Part shown: positions 19,432-28,569 of the stretch, piece by piece
Position numbering within the stretch: position 1 is the stretch's first letter
How the letters are laid out: the number at the start of each line of letters is the position of its first letter
Assembly: GCA_900548205.1 (NCBI GenBank)
Contig: URJS01000003.1
Span: 7,352-71,351, forward strand
Origin: an uncultured Roseburia sp.
Lineage (GTDB): Bacteria > Bacillota > Clostridia > Lachnospirales > Lachnospiraceae
Direction: 5' to 3'
Length of the DNA stretch: 64,000 bases
Translations under genes and position numbers: made by a program
Notes under the pieces: model-generated
Told to the model about the DNA's origin: nothing
Databases searched by the model: none
The model's input: only the letters and a program-made list of their open reading frames with translations

Positions 19432-20286
19432 ATGGAGGATGAACAGTTTTTGACAGAGCTGCATGAAATAGTAAATAATTATGAGCGCGGCAGCTATGGA
19501 CAGGTGATCCGGCAAAAGGCGTCCTATCCTTATCTGTATCATCTCTCGGAGATCAGACAAAATCTCATTGACTGGATTCCGATGGAGAAAACGATGCGTG
19601 TGCTGGAATGTCATCCTGAGTGCGGCGCGCTGACCGGAAAGCTTTTGGAAAAGGCGGGGGCAGTAACTTGTCTCGCAGAGGATGAGATGCATGCCCAGAT
19701 CATCCGGGCACGCTGCAAAGACGCAGGAGAGAGGCTCACCATTGTTGTCGGCGAGGCGGAAAGCTTTCTTTCTGCCGGTGAAACACAAGGCGGGGAGAAG
19801 TTTGATGTGATTTTGCTGGTGGGTGGATTTTATCGCCGCCGCAGAGCGCTTTCGCTGCTGCGAAAGCAGCTTGCACCGGGGGGCAGACTTTTTGCCGCAG
19901 ATGGCAATCGTATGGGATTGCGGTATTTTGCGGGATGTCAGGAGGAATACGGCGCAGGCTATTTTTCCGGTGTGGAAGGGTATGGCGGCACGCCCGATAC
20001 GGGAGAGACACCGAGATGCTACACGAAGGGCGAATATGCAGGATATTTTACGGAGGCTGGATTTGGGAAGCTGTATTTTTATTATCCCTATCCTGACCAT
20101 AAATTTCCAAGCTGTATTTATTCGCAGGATTGGCTGCCGCAGGCGGGAGAGCTGATGGATAACCGCAGAAATTTTGAAAGAGACAGGCTTAAGCTTTTTG
20201 ATGAGCGGGCAGTTTATGATACATTGCTGGCAGAGGGAGTGTTTGAAACATTCGCAAACTCCTATCTGATCGAGGCATATGGATAG
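19432..20286 (+). CDS. Class I SAM-dependent methyltransferase-like protein (atypical motif I)
   Basis: VLECHPECGALT in place of VLEIGxGCGAIT; KFDVILLVG, LAPGG, YYPYPD; GGAGG RBS. Confidence 0.75.
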   Translation: MEDEQFLTELHEIVNNYERGSYGQVIRQKASYPYLYHLSEIRQNLIDWIPMEKTMRVLECHPECGALTGKLLEKAGAVTCLAEDEMHAQIIRARCKDAGERLTIVVGEAESFLSAGETQGGEKFDVILLVGGFYRRRRALSLLRKQLAPGGRLFAADGNRMGLRYFAGCQEEYGAGYFSGVEGYGGTPDTGETPRCYTKGEYAGYFTEAGFGKLYFYYPYPDHKFPSCIYSQDWLPQAGELMDNRRNFERDRLKLFDERAVYDTLLAEGVFETFANSYLIEAYG

Positions 20287-20311
20287 AGAGGCTGTGACGG
20301 GAGGTGAGGCG

Positions 20312-21517
20312 TTGGAGCGGACGATATATTCCAAATATTCCAATGAGCGGGCGGAGCGGTTTTGCATCCGAACGGACATTACGTCAGATCATGAGGGAAC
20401 AAGGCGGATTTATAAATGGGCGCTTCTGCCCGGCGGACGGGCGCATGTGGAGCGGTTTACCAAGAGCTTTCAAGGCTTAATGGAAAGCTATGGTGAGGAG
20501 GCTCTGCGCTTCTGCCCGTGCAGCAGCAAGACGGATCCCGGCGGCAATGTGTGTGCGGTCTTTCCGTTCTTAAGCGGAGAGTCCTTGCAGGAGATATTAA
20601 AACGCGCGGTACAGGCGCAGGATGAGAACCGGGTGGATCGTCTTTTGCGCGAGTATGTGCGAAGGATTGGCACGGAGGGCGGGGAGCGCCCCTTTGTCGT
20701 GACAGATGAATTTGAAGAAATATTCGGAGCGCTTCCAAGTGGAGGCTTGCCGCAGGGCGGCGGAGGCGTACCGGTATCGGCGTGTATCAGTGATATTGAT
20801 ATGATCTTTTCCAATCTCTTTGTCAATGCAGGAGACGGCGGGGAGGAAAATGCTCCGTGGGAGGTCATTGATTATGAATGGACGTTTTCGTTTCCGATCC
20901 CGAAGCGTTTTTTGATCTACCGGGGGCTTTATTTTGCATATTATCAGATCCTGCATGATACGGGGCGAAGTCTTGCGGATGTGCTTGCTTTGGCAGGGAT
21001 CACAAAGGAGGAGGCAGCGGTCTATCAGCAGATGGAGGAGCATTTTCAGGCGTATATCGGCAGAGACACGATTCCGGTGCGCAATATGCAGCGGCTGCTG
21101 GGAACTGCGGTTATCCCGTTGGAGGAGCTGCTTTGCAAAGCAAGGCAGGAGCAGTCGGTCGGGAGCACAGAGGGGCTTAAGGAAGCGCTTTTGGTGCGCA
21201 GGATTTATTATCAGATTGACCGTTTGGAATATCAGGACGGCAGTCATATCTGTTCGGGCTGGGCGTTTGCAAAGGCATGGAACGGCAGATGCCTTCCGGT
21301 GCATATACAGGTGAGAGGGCACGGGGGACAGAGGCTGCCTGCGGAGATTGTAAGAGGAGCGCGCAAGGATGTGGCGGAGGCGTTTCATCTGCGGTGCGCG
21401 GGGAATCCGGCATGGGGCTTTGACTGTGTCTTTCTGGCGCCGCAGAGCGAGGAGTGGGAGATGATCTTCTCGCTGGGGAGGAAGGAGTGCACATACCGCT
21501 GTGAGAGTCTGAAATAA
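20312..21517 (+). CDS. Kinase-like protein (APH/choline-kinase fold) with C-terminal beta-sandwich-like domain
   Basis: DIDMIFSNL (Brenner-type DxxxxN) and VIDYEW motifs; TTG start at 20312 after GGAGGTG RBS (alternative ATG 20279). Confidence 0.65.
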   Translation: MERTIYSKYSNERAERFCIRTDITSDHEGTRRIYKWALLPGGRAHVERFTKSFQGLMESYGEEALRFCPCSSKTDPGGNVCAVFPFLSGESLQEILKRAVQAQDENRVDRLLREYVRRIGTEGGERPFVVTDEFEEIFGALPSGGLPQGGGGVPVSACISDIDMIFSNLFVNAGDGGEENAPWEVIDYEWTFSFPIPKRFLIYRGLYFAYYQILHDTGRSLADVLALAGITKEEAAVYQQMEEHFQAYIGRDTIPVRNMQRLLGTAVIPLEELLCKARQEQSVGSTEGLKEALLVRRIYYQIDRLEYQDGSHICSGWAFAKAWNGRCLPVHIQVRGHGGQRLPAEIVRGARKDVAEAFHLRCAGNPAWGFDCVFLAPQSEEWEMIFSLGRKECTYRCESLK

Positions 21518-21552
21518 AGCGGTTTTGGGCATAAGATGAGAGAGGATTTGAC

Positions 21553-22974
21553 ATGTATCAATCGAGACAAAGGATTCAGGATGTGATTCTGCTGCTGGCA
21601 GATCTGCTTTGTTTTATCATAAGCTATCTTGCCGGAGGCTATTTCTGGCTGGTGGGTTACCGGAATGTGTCCATAGAAAATATGAAGATGGAGCTTCTCG
21701 ACAGCTTTGGGATCGTGCTGGTCATTTATATGCTGGTCATGATATTTTCCGATATTGAAAGGAATTTTATCAGGAGAAATCTTTACCGGGATTTTTGGGC
21801 GGCGATCAAAGCGAGCGTAGTCATTATCTTTGTGACGTCGCTGACGATTTTTCTGCTCCATAATAATGCGGACGCATCGCGCGGCGTGTATTTTTGCATT
21901 GCCGGCGTAAACCTGATTTTATTTTTCCTCGCCCATGCAGGAATTAAATATTATCTGCTCAAGGTGTACCGCAATAAGCGGGCGACAAACCAGGTGTTTT
22001 TGGTGACGACTGCGGACCGTGTGGAGGGCATTATCAAGGAAGCGGAAAGCTCATCCGACTGGGTGCACCGTCTGGCGAGCATTGCGGTCATTGACGACAA
22101 TCAGGTTGGGAAATGGTATGAGGGAGTGCCCGTTGTGGCAACCTACAGTAATATGTACCAATATGCAAAGGAGCAGATCGTGGATGAGGTGTTCATCAAC
22201 GTGCCCTATGATACGGGAGCCGCACTTGCCAAGGTGGTCAATACGTTTGAGGATATGGGGGCGACCGTCCATGTCAGCATAGAGATTTTAAATCAGTTTG
22301 ACGATTATTACAAAAGCTTTAATATGATGGGAAATATTCCGGTTGTGACATTTTCCAATCAGCAGTATGATTGGAAGCGACTGTTTGTGAAGCGGCTGAT
22401 GGATATTGTGGGAGCGATCGTGGGACTTTTGCTCACAGCGGTCATCACTGTTTTTCTGGCGCTGCCGTTATTGATCGAATCGCCGGGACCTTTGTTTTTT
22501 GCGCAAAAGCGTGTGGGAAAAAACGGAAGGTTCTTTCAGATATATAAGTTCCGCTCGATGTACCGTGACGCGGAGGCGCGAAAAGCAGAGCTCGCAGATC
22601 AAAATGAGATGAAGGGTCTGATGTTTAAAATGAAAGATGACCCACGCATCACAAAAGTGGGAAAGTTTATCCGAAAGACAAGTATTGACGAGCTGCCGCA
22701 GTTTTTTAACGTGCTAAAGGGAGATATGAGTCTGGTCGGAACGAGACCGCCGACGGTCGATGAGTTCCGGCAGTACGAGGCGCATCAAAAGCGAAGGCTG
22801 AGCGCAAAGCCGGGCATCACAGGGCTATGGCAGGTGAGCGGGCGCAATAACATCAAGGATTTTGAGGATGTCGTACGGCTGGATGTGCAGTATATTGACA
22901 ACTGGAGTCTTGCACTTGACATCAAGATCATACTTAAGACGATCCGGGTCGTATTTGAAAAAGGCGGAGAATAA
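21553..22974 (+). CDS. Priming phosphoglycosyl transferase (WcaJ/CpsE-like), copy 1
   Basis: N-terminal TMs, KRLMDI, YKFRSM, DPRITKVGKFIRKTSIDELPQ, GDMSLVGTRP, KPGITG. Confidence 0.93.
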   Translation: MYQSRQRIQDVILLLADLLCFIISYLAGGYFWLVGYRNVSIENMKMELLDSFGIVLVIYMLVMIFSDIERNFIRRNLYRDFWAAIKASVVIIFVTSLTIFLLHNNADASRGVYFCIAGVNLILFFLAHAGIKYYLLKVYRNKRATNQVFLVTTADRVEGIIKEAESSSDWVHRLASIAVIDDNQVGKWYEGVPVVATYSNMYQYAKEQIVDEVFINVPYDTGAALAKVVNTFEDMGATVHVSIEILNQFDDYYKSFNMMGNIPVVTFSNQQYDWKRLFVKRLMDIVGAIVGLLLTAVITVFLALPLLIESPGPLFFAQKRVGKNGRFFQIYKFRSMYRDAEARKAELADQNEMKGLMFKMKDDPRITKVGKFIRKTSIDELPQFFNVLKGDMSLVGTRPPTVDEFRQYEAHQKRRLSAKPGITGLWQVSGRNNIKDFEDVVRLDVQYIDNWSLALDIKIILKTIRVVFEKGGE

Positions 22975-22988
22975 GGGAGGAGACAATT

Positions 22989-24275
22989 ATGAGCAGAGAA
23001 TACAAGGTGGATAAGGAATATGGTTTTTTGGAGATTGTGCGCTACAATCTTCGTATGTGGTGGCTGGCAGTTATTTTTGCGCTGCTGTGTGCGGCGGCGC
23101 TCGGCGGATATAAGTACAAGACGCTGCATCAGTATGTGGAAAATGAGATGTACGAAAATAAGCAGCAGGTCGTAGCGTCATTATTTGTCAGCGATTACAG
23201 TCAGGCAAGCGTGGTGGAGCGCGTCGGAAATGTCATTAAGATTGCAAAGAGCAGCAGAACCTATGAAAAGTTTGTCGCGGATATGGATACGACGCTGACA
23301 CTCGATGAATATATGGGATTGTTTGAGATGATGCAGGGGGAGGCGTCCGGCGTCGCTTCCATTTATGTGACGTTCCCTGCGACAGTCGGCTCGATCACCA
23401 TTGGGGATGAGGAGACAGCCGCAAAGTTCGCGGAGGGAGTCATGAATGCGACGATCGCAGTCAGTGAGGAGATGATCGGGGCTGATTGTGTGAGCATTCT
23501 GGATGATCCGTATGCGACGCAGGAGGTGGTGAAGATTGAAAATTATTCCATCACACAGGAGGATTTCAACAAGGCTCTGATGAAAGCGGTGACAGCAGGC
23601 GTTCTGCTTGGTATCATTGTGGAGGTGGTATTCTACACGTTCTGGATGCTGATGTATAAAAAGCCAAAGAATGCCGAGGAAGTAAGGGAGAGTCTCGACG
23701 CAAATATCATTGATGTGCTCAAAAAGGATGGGGATAATGAGGATGCGTTTAAAAAGGTTGCGCTTTATTTAAGTGATTCCGATGCTTCCTGCAATAGGAT
23801 CAGCTGCATCAGTCTGCAGTGTCCGAAGAAGGATGCGGCGTTAAAGCTTGCCATGAGCTATGCCAATGAGCAGAAGAAAACACTTTATGTAGACCTTGCC
23901 AGCGAGGAGGGCGAGAGTGAAAATTCGATCAGCGGCTATGTGCTCGGAGAGCAGACAGAGGTGATCCCGGAGCAGATGAACGACTACCTTGATCTTGTGT
24001 GCAGAAGCCAGACAAGAGAGCAGGGGATGGATATTGCCGGAAATCAGCGCTTTGCGCTTTTGATGGATGAGATGAGTAAAAAATATCAGTGTATCGTGAT
24101 CAACAGTCACGATGCCGTAAAGAGCGCCGATGCTTATGCCGCGGCAAAGCTGTGTAATAAGACTTTTGTGACCTGCGGAAGAAAAACCGTGACCAATGAG
24201 AATTTATACCGTGCGAAAAATACGGCAGAGGTAAACGGTATCCGCATTGATGGAGTTTTAGTATATGAATTATAA
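22989..24275 (+). CDS. Polysaccharide co-polymerase (Wzz/CpsC-like) fused to a degenerate CpsD-like domain
   Basis: Two TMs flanking an extracellular loop; tail ALKLAMSYANEQKKTLYVDL...KKYQCIVINS...GIRIDGVLV resembles a BY-kinase fold. Confidence 0.7.
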   Translation: MSREYKVDKEYGFLEIVRYNLRMWWLAVIFALLCAAALGGYKYKTLHQYVENEMYENKQQVVASLFVSDYSQASVVERVGNVIKIAKSSRTYEKFVADMDTTLTLDEYMGLFEMMQGEASGVASIYVTFPATVGSITIGDEETAAKFAEGVMNATIAVSEEMIGADCVSILDDPYATQEVVKIENYSITQEDFNKALMKAVTAGVLLGIIVEVVFYTFWMLMYKKPKNAEEVRESLDANIIDVLKKDGDNEDAFKKVALYLSDSDASCNRISCISLQCPKKDAALKLAMSYANEQKKTLYVDLASEEGESENSISGYVLGEQTEVIPEQMNDYLDLVCRSQTREQGMDIAGNQRFALLMDEMSKKYQCIVINSHDAVKSADAYAAAKLCNKTFVTCGRKTVTNENLYRAKNTAEVNGIRIDGVLVYEL

Positions 24276-25365
24276 AGACATCATAGCTATGACGGTTTTG
24301 TTTGTGCTGCTCCCCATGTGGATCGGCTATCTTTGGGTAGAGTTTTTAAGGCTGAGGGAGGGCTGGAACCGTCTTCTGCACGCATGGGTGCTTGGATTTG
24401 TCACGATGCTTGCGGTGGCGCAGGTGATTCTGGTGCCGCTTGTGGCATTGGAGAAGACCCTGACAACTGCGATGATCCTATGGAAAATAGCGCTGACAGT
24501 TTTGTCGATTTTATCGTTTGGTCTGCTGCTGCGGCGCTGGAAACGCGGAAAGCTGGGATTTCTTACGGGAAGTGCGGGCGCCGGGGGAGAAAGCCATACA
24601 AAGACAAGGGATACGTCAAGAAGGGGCTGGGTGTATGTATTTGGAACGCTGGCGGCAGTGATGATTCTGCTGCAGGCATATATTCCGGCGCGCTATGAGC
24701 ACGGCGACGATGACGATGCACGGTTTATTTCCGAGGAGGTATCCGCGGTCCAGCACGATACGATGTATATTGATGATCCGATTTCGGGAAGCGAGATGTA
24801 TTGGGATCAGGGAGAGGTGAAAAAGGATCTGACTTCTCCCTGGGCAATGTATATTGCAATGTGCAGCCGGATCAGCGGGATTCATCCGGCAGTGCTGTCG
24901 CATACCTATCTGCCGTTTTTTTTGATTTTATTATGCTATGCGGTGTATCTGCTGATCGGGCACGTTTTACTGCGGGGAGACTGGGAAAAGACATTTTTGT
25001 TTTTGATCTTTTTGTCTGTCGTTCATTTGTGGGGCTATACGTCGACACACACGCTCGCGTCGATGCTGCTGCTTCGCATCTGGCAGGGAAAGGCAGTCTG
25101 CGCAAGCTTTCTCATACCGCTGTTTTTCTACCTGATGTACCGCCTGATGCACAGGGAGTACCACAGGGGCTGGCTGGCGCTTTTGTATGTTGCGGCGACA
25201 GGCGCGTGTCTTTTGTCGGGAATCGGGATTACGACGGTGCCCGTGATCCTGTTGTTGTATGGAATTGTTGATTTTATCACTTACCGTGACAGAAAAAAAA
25301 CAGCTATGATTTTGATGGCGGCAGTGCCCAACGCTGCGTTTTTGTTATATTATCTGATCAGATAG
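24265..25365 (+). CDS. DUF6077-like multi-pass membrane protein (GT-C-like), copy 1
   Basis: About 9-10 TMs; HGDDDDARF acidic loop; DTMYIDDPISG, GIHPAVL, RIWQGKA. Confidence 0.7.
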   Translation: MNYKDIIAMTVLFVLLPMWIGYLWVEFLRLREGWNRLLHAWVLGFVTMLAVAQVILVPLVALEKTLTTAMILWKIALTVLSILSFGLLLRRWKRGKLGFLTGSAGAGGESHTKTRDTSRRGWVYVFGTLAAVMILLQAYIPARYEHGDDDDARFISEEVSAVQHDTMYIDDPISGSEMYWDQGEVKKDLTSPWAMYIAMCSRISGIHPAVLSHTYLPFFLILLCYAVYLLIGHVLLRGDWEKTFLFLIFLSVVHLWGYTSTHTLASMLLLRIWQGKAVCASFLIPLFFYLMYRLMHREYHRGWLALLYVAATGACLLSGIGITTVPVILLLYGIVDFITYRDRKKTAMILMAAVPNAAFLLYYLIR

Positions 25366-25373
25366 GGAGATTC

Positions 25374-26162
25374 ATGATTACTTATTGTTATGCGGTTTGG
25401 AATGAATTTATTAACTTTATAGGGGGAAGGAACGGGCTTTTGCACTGGCTTTTTTTCTGCGCGGCGCTGCTGTTTTGCGCGCTTTGGGGAAAGGGAGACA
25501 GGAAGCGGCTGTTCTGGCCGTCGGTGCTGGTGCTCCTTTTTTTCTTTAACCCGCTTTTTTATGCGACGATCGGAACAAAATTTTTGTCCGGCGTTTACTG
25601 GCGGCTTTTATGGATGCTCCCGGTTTCGTTTGTCATCGCATATGCGCTCACGAGGCTTGTGTATCGCTGGAACAAGGATGCGTTGCGCGTTGCGGTGATC
25701 GTGATTGCCTGCGTCTGCATCATTGCGACTGGGGAGCGCGAGTTTTCCGCCAAGACTTATCAGGAAAAAGAAAATGAATATGAGATCGCACAGGCGGCAG
25801 TGGAAATATCGGACATTGTGACGGAAAATCTTTTGAGCTGGAAGGAGAATATCATTGTGCCCAATGAGCTGCTCTGTGATGTGCGCCAGTATTCAAGCGC
25901 GGTCGGACTGCTCTACGGCAGAAATGCCGGAGGCTTTATCTCTGATATTGCGCCGGATGAGCAGATGGTTTACGAGGAGATGAGCAAGGAGGAGCCGGAC
26001 CTTTCGCTTGTCACAGAGGTGGCGCGGGCAAGAGAGTGCCGGTATATTGTATTTAACACATCCTTTCACCGGATACCTGAGGATCTAAGCGGATATGGCT
26101 ATGAAAAAATCGCGGTGGTGCAGGAGGATTACGCGGTTTACCGCAGGATGGTGCAGCAGTAG
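25374..26162 (+). CDS. Membrane protein, partner of DUF6077-like gene, copy 1
   Basis: Four TMs with FNP and YWRLLWMLP, then a soluble domain (VRQYS...LLYGR). Confidence 0.7.
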   Translation: MITYCYAVWNEFINFIGGRNGLLHWLFFCAALLFCALWGKGDRKRLFWPSVLVLLFFFNPLFYATIGTKFLSGVYWRLLWMLPVSFVIAYALTRLVYRWNKDALRVAVIVIACVCIIATGEREFSAKTYQEKENEYEIAQAAVEISDIVTENLLSWKENIIVPNELLCDVRQYSSAVGLLYGRNAGGFISDIAPDEQMVYEEMSKEEPDLSLVTEVARARECRYIVFNTSFHRIPEDLSGYGYEKIAVVQEDYAVYRRMVQQ

Positions 26163-26176
26163 GTTGGAGAGAACAG

Positions 26177-27364
26177 ATGGAGAGAATAAAGAGGATTTAT
26201 GAGGAAACGGACTGGGGCGGAATAGGCATTGCCTCGTACTACGGTTATTTTGCAGTCAATATGCTGATGAAGGCGTTTGCCTATGACCACGGTGACAATA
26301 TTTATAAATACTTTTTTGTGTTTGGTATGTTTTTCCTTGTGATCAAATTGGTCACAACAAAATACACGCTGCGGGAGATCTGCTGGGCAGGCATCCTGAT
26401 CGGTGTGGCAGTTCCGCTATCCATTATCACAAAATCAAATACATGGCTGCTTTTGTTTTTGACGATCATCGGGATGAAGAATTGCAGCTACCGGAATCTG
26501 ATCAAAATTGCGCTCTATATCCGTATGTTCAGCATTTGTATTCTTGTGCTGGGATCGACCTTCGGTGTGTATGACATCGGATATAAGACGACGCCTGATA
26601 CGAGCTATGTGGAGATTCCGGTCTACAGCTTTGCGATGGGAGAACCGAATTACGCATTTTTATGCGTCTTTTTGACGATGCTTTTGCTCCTTTATTATAA
26701 TTATGAAAAATTAAATAAATGGTGGTTTTTTGGAACAGCCGCGGTAGCGCTGATCTTTTATAAGCTGACCTTCTGCCGTACCGGGATCGCAGTATTTTTC
26801 TTCTGCTGGGGTCTGATCGTTTTTGAGAAGTGCGTCAAAAATAAAAAAGCAAAATTCATACTGGCGTTATCCGTTCCGGTCGGCGCGCTGTTTAGCTTCT
26901 GTACGATGGTCATTTATAACGCGGAAAATCCGGTGCTAAAGCTGCTCAATCACTATGTATCGGGCAGAATTTATATTATGAACAGCTATTTCAGGGATCA
27001 GGGGCTTGCACTTTATCCGCGTACACAGGAGTCCTTTTATGCAAGCTATTATGGACTGATTGATAATTCCTACATGTTTGTGCTCCTCTACTGCGGCTGG
27101 ATCGTGGCAATCTTTTTCCTTGCTCTGATGTGCCAGACGCTGTTTCGGCTCTATAAGCTGGGACATTATAAGGAGCTTGTCATGATCGGAACGCTCGCAT
27201 TATACGGAGTGCTGGAGCAGTTTGTTATGAACGGTTTTATGAATCCGTTTATTTTACTGGGAGCAATTTTATTGTACCCGAATATTCTTGAGAAATCGCC
27301 TGCAACAGTGCAGGAGCGGCATGAGGCGTCATATGAAACAATATCGAATACTACAGGTGCATAA
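26177..27364 (+). CDS. wzy: Polysaccharide polymerase
   Basis: About 11 TMs, EPNY, TFCRTG, VSGRI, IDNSY...LLYCG; context with Wzx and priming GT. Confidence 0.75.
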   Translation: MERIKRIYEETDWGGIGIASYYGYFAVNMLMKAFAYDHGDNIYKYFFVFGMFFLVIKLVTTKYTLREICWAGILIGVAVPLSIITKSNTWLLLFLTIIGMKNCSYRNLIKIALYIRMFSICILVLGSTFGVYDIGYKTTPDTSYVEIPVYSFAMGEPNYAFLCVFLTMLLLLYYNYEKLNKWWFFGTAAVALIFYKLTFCRTGIAVFFFCWGLIVFEKCVKNKKAKFILALSVPVGALFSFCTMVIYNAENPVLKLLNHYVSGRIYIMNSYFRDQGLALYPRTQESFYASYYGLIDNSYMFVLLYCGWIVAIFFLALMCQTLFRLYKLGHYKELVMIGTLALYGVLEQFVMNGFMNPFILLGAILLYPNILEKSPATVQERHEASYETISNTTGA

Positions 27365-28550
27365 TTTTTATCAGATTCCGGGCGGCGAGGACGTTGTGGT
27401 CCGCAATGAAAAGCGGCTGATGGAGGAGCATGGGCATACGGTTTTTACCTACTACCGCACGAATAAGGAATTGAAGGAAAAGGGGATTTGGGGCAAGCTT
27501 TGTCTGCCCTTTACCGCGGTCTATTCCTTTCGGACAGTGCGGGAGGTCAAGAAGATCATAAGGGAAAATAAAATCGACATCGTGCATGTACACAATACGC
27601 TGACTATGGTCAGCCCGTCTGTTTTTTATGCGGCTTTCCGGTGTCATGTGCCTGTCGTGCAGACGCTGCATAATTTTCGGATGCTCTGTCCGGCAGGGTC
27701 TTTTTTCCGTGATAATGTGATCTGTGAGGAATGCGTTGCCGACGGTCTGCGCTGTGCCGTACGCCACAAATGCTATCGCGGCAGTACGGCGCAGACTGTG
27801 GTGAGCGCGATGATTTTAAAGATCCACCGGATGCTTGGCACCTACCGGCGGGTAAATTTTATCTGTCTGACAGAATTTAACCGAAAGAAGCTGTTAAATG
27901 CGCTCAATGCACCAAGCGTGCCAAAGCGGCGCTGGGCAGTGGATGCGGACCGTGTTTACATTAAGCCGAATTTCACCTTTGCGGAGGGGCTTGCGCCGAG
28001 CAATGAGAGCGGGCAGGAGGAGTATTTCTTATTTGCCGGGCGTGTGGAGGCGCTAAAGGGCATTGATATTGCGATCAAGGCGTTTGAGCAGCTGCCGGAG
28101 AAAAAGCTCTATATTGCGGGAACAGGTCCGATGATGGAGGAGATGCAGGCGTATGTGAAGGAGCATCAGCTGACGAATATCAGATTTTTGGGATATTTGC
28201 AGAAGGAGGAAATGTCGGAGCGTTTTTATCACGCAAGGGCGGTGATCATGACCTCGCAGTGCTATGAGGCGTTTGCGATGACGATCGCAGAGGCATATTC
28301 CTACGGCGTGCCGGTCATTGCCGGAAGTGTCGGCAATATGGATGGCATGGTGAAGGAAGGGATCACGGGTGTGAAGTTTCAGTACAATTCGGCGGAGGAG
28401 CTTGCAGAGAAGGTGCGGGAGTTTGAGACGCTTGATGTACACAAGCTAAAGGAGAATGCCAGAGCCTTTTATCAAAAGCGGTTAAGACCGGAGGATAATT
28501 ATCGAAAGCTGGAGGAGATCTATGAGGATATTTTAAGGAAGCACACCTAG
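27333..28550 (+). CDS. GT4 family glycosyltransferase
   Basis: HNFYQIPGGED, HVHN, TLHNFR, FAGRVEALKG, EAFAMTIAEA. Confidence 0.9.
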   Translation: MKQYRILQVHNFYQIPGGEDVVVRNEKRLMEEHGHTVFTYYRTNKELKEKGIWGKLCLPFTAVYSFRTVREVKKIIRENKIDIVHVHNTLTMVSPSVFYAAFRCHVPVVQTLHNFRMLCPAGSFFRDNVICEECVADGLRCAVRHKCYRGSTAQTVVSAMILKIHRMLGTYRRVNFICLTEFNRKKLLNALNAPSVPKRRWAVDADRVYIKPNFTFAEGLAPSNESGQEEYFLFAGRVEALKGIDIAIKAFEQLPEKKLYIAGTGPMMEEMQAYVKEHQLTNIRFLGYLQKEEMSERFYHARAVIMTSQCYEAFAMTIAEAYSYGVPVIAGSVGNMDGMVKEGITGVKFQYNSAEELAEKVREFETLDVHKLKENARAFYQKRLRPEDNYRKLEEIYEDILRKHT

Positions 28551-28569
28551 AGGAGAGGAGGGAGACCGG

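Noticed and set aside
20270..20320. Possible frameshift breaking a fused methyltransferase-kinase gene
   Set aside because: The second ORF has its own strong RBS (GGAGGTG) and TTG start, and there is no slippery run at the junction, so a genuine two-gene arrangement is more likely.
19270..21532. Long antisense ORFs (19270-20379, 20597-21532; also 48836-49786 and 57209-58141)
   Set aside because: They are shadows of well-supported + strand genes, with no recognisable motifs.
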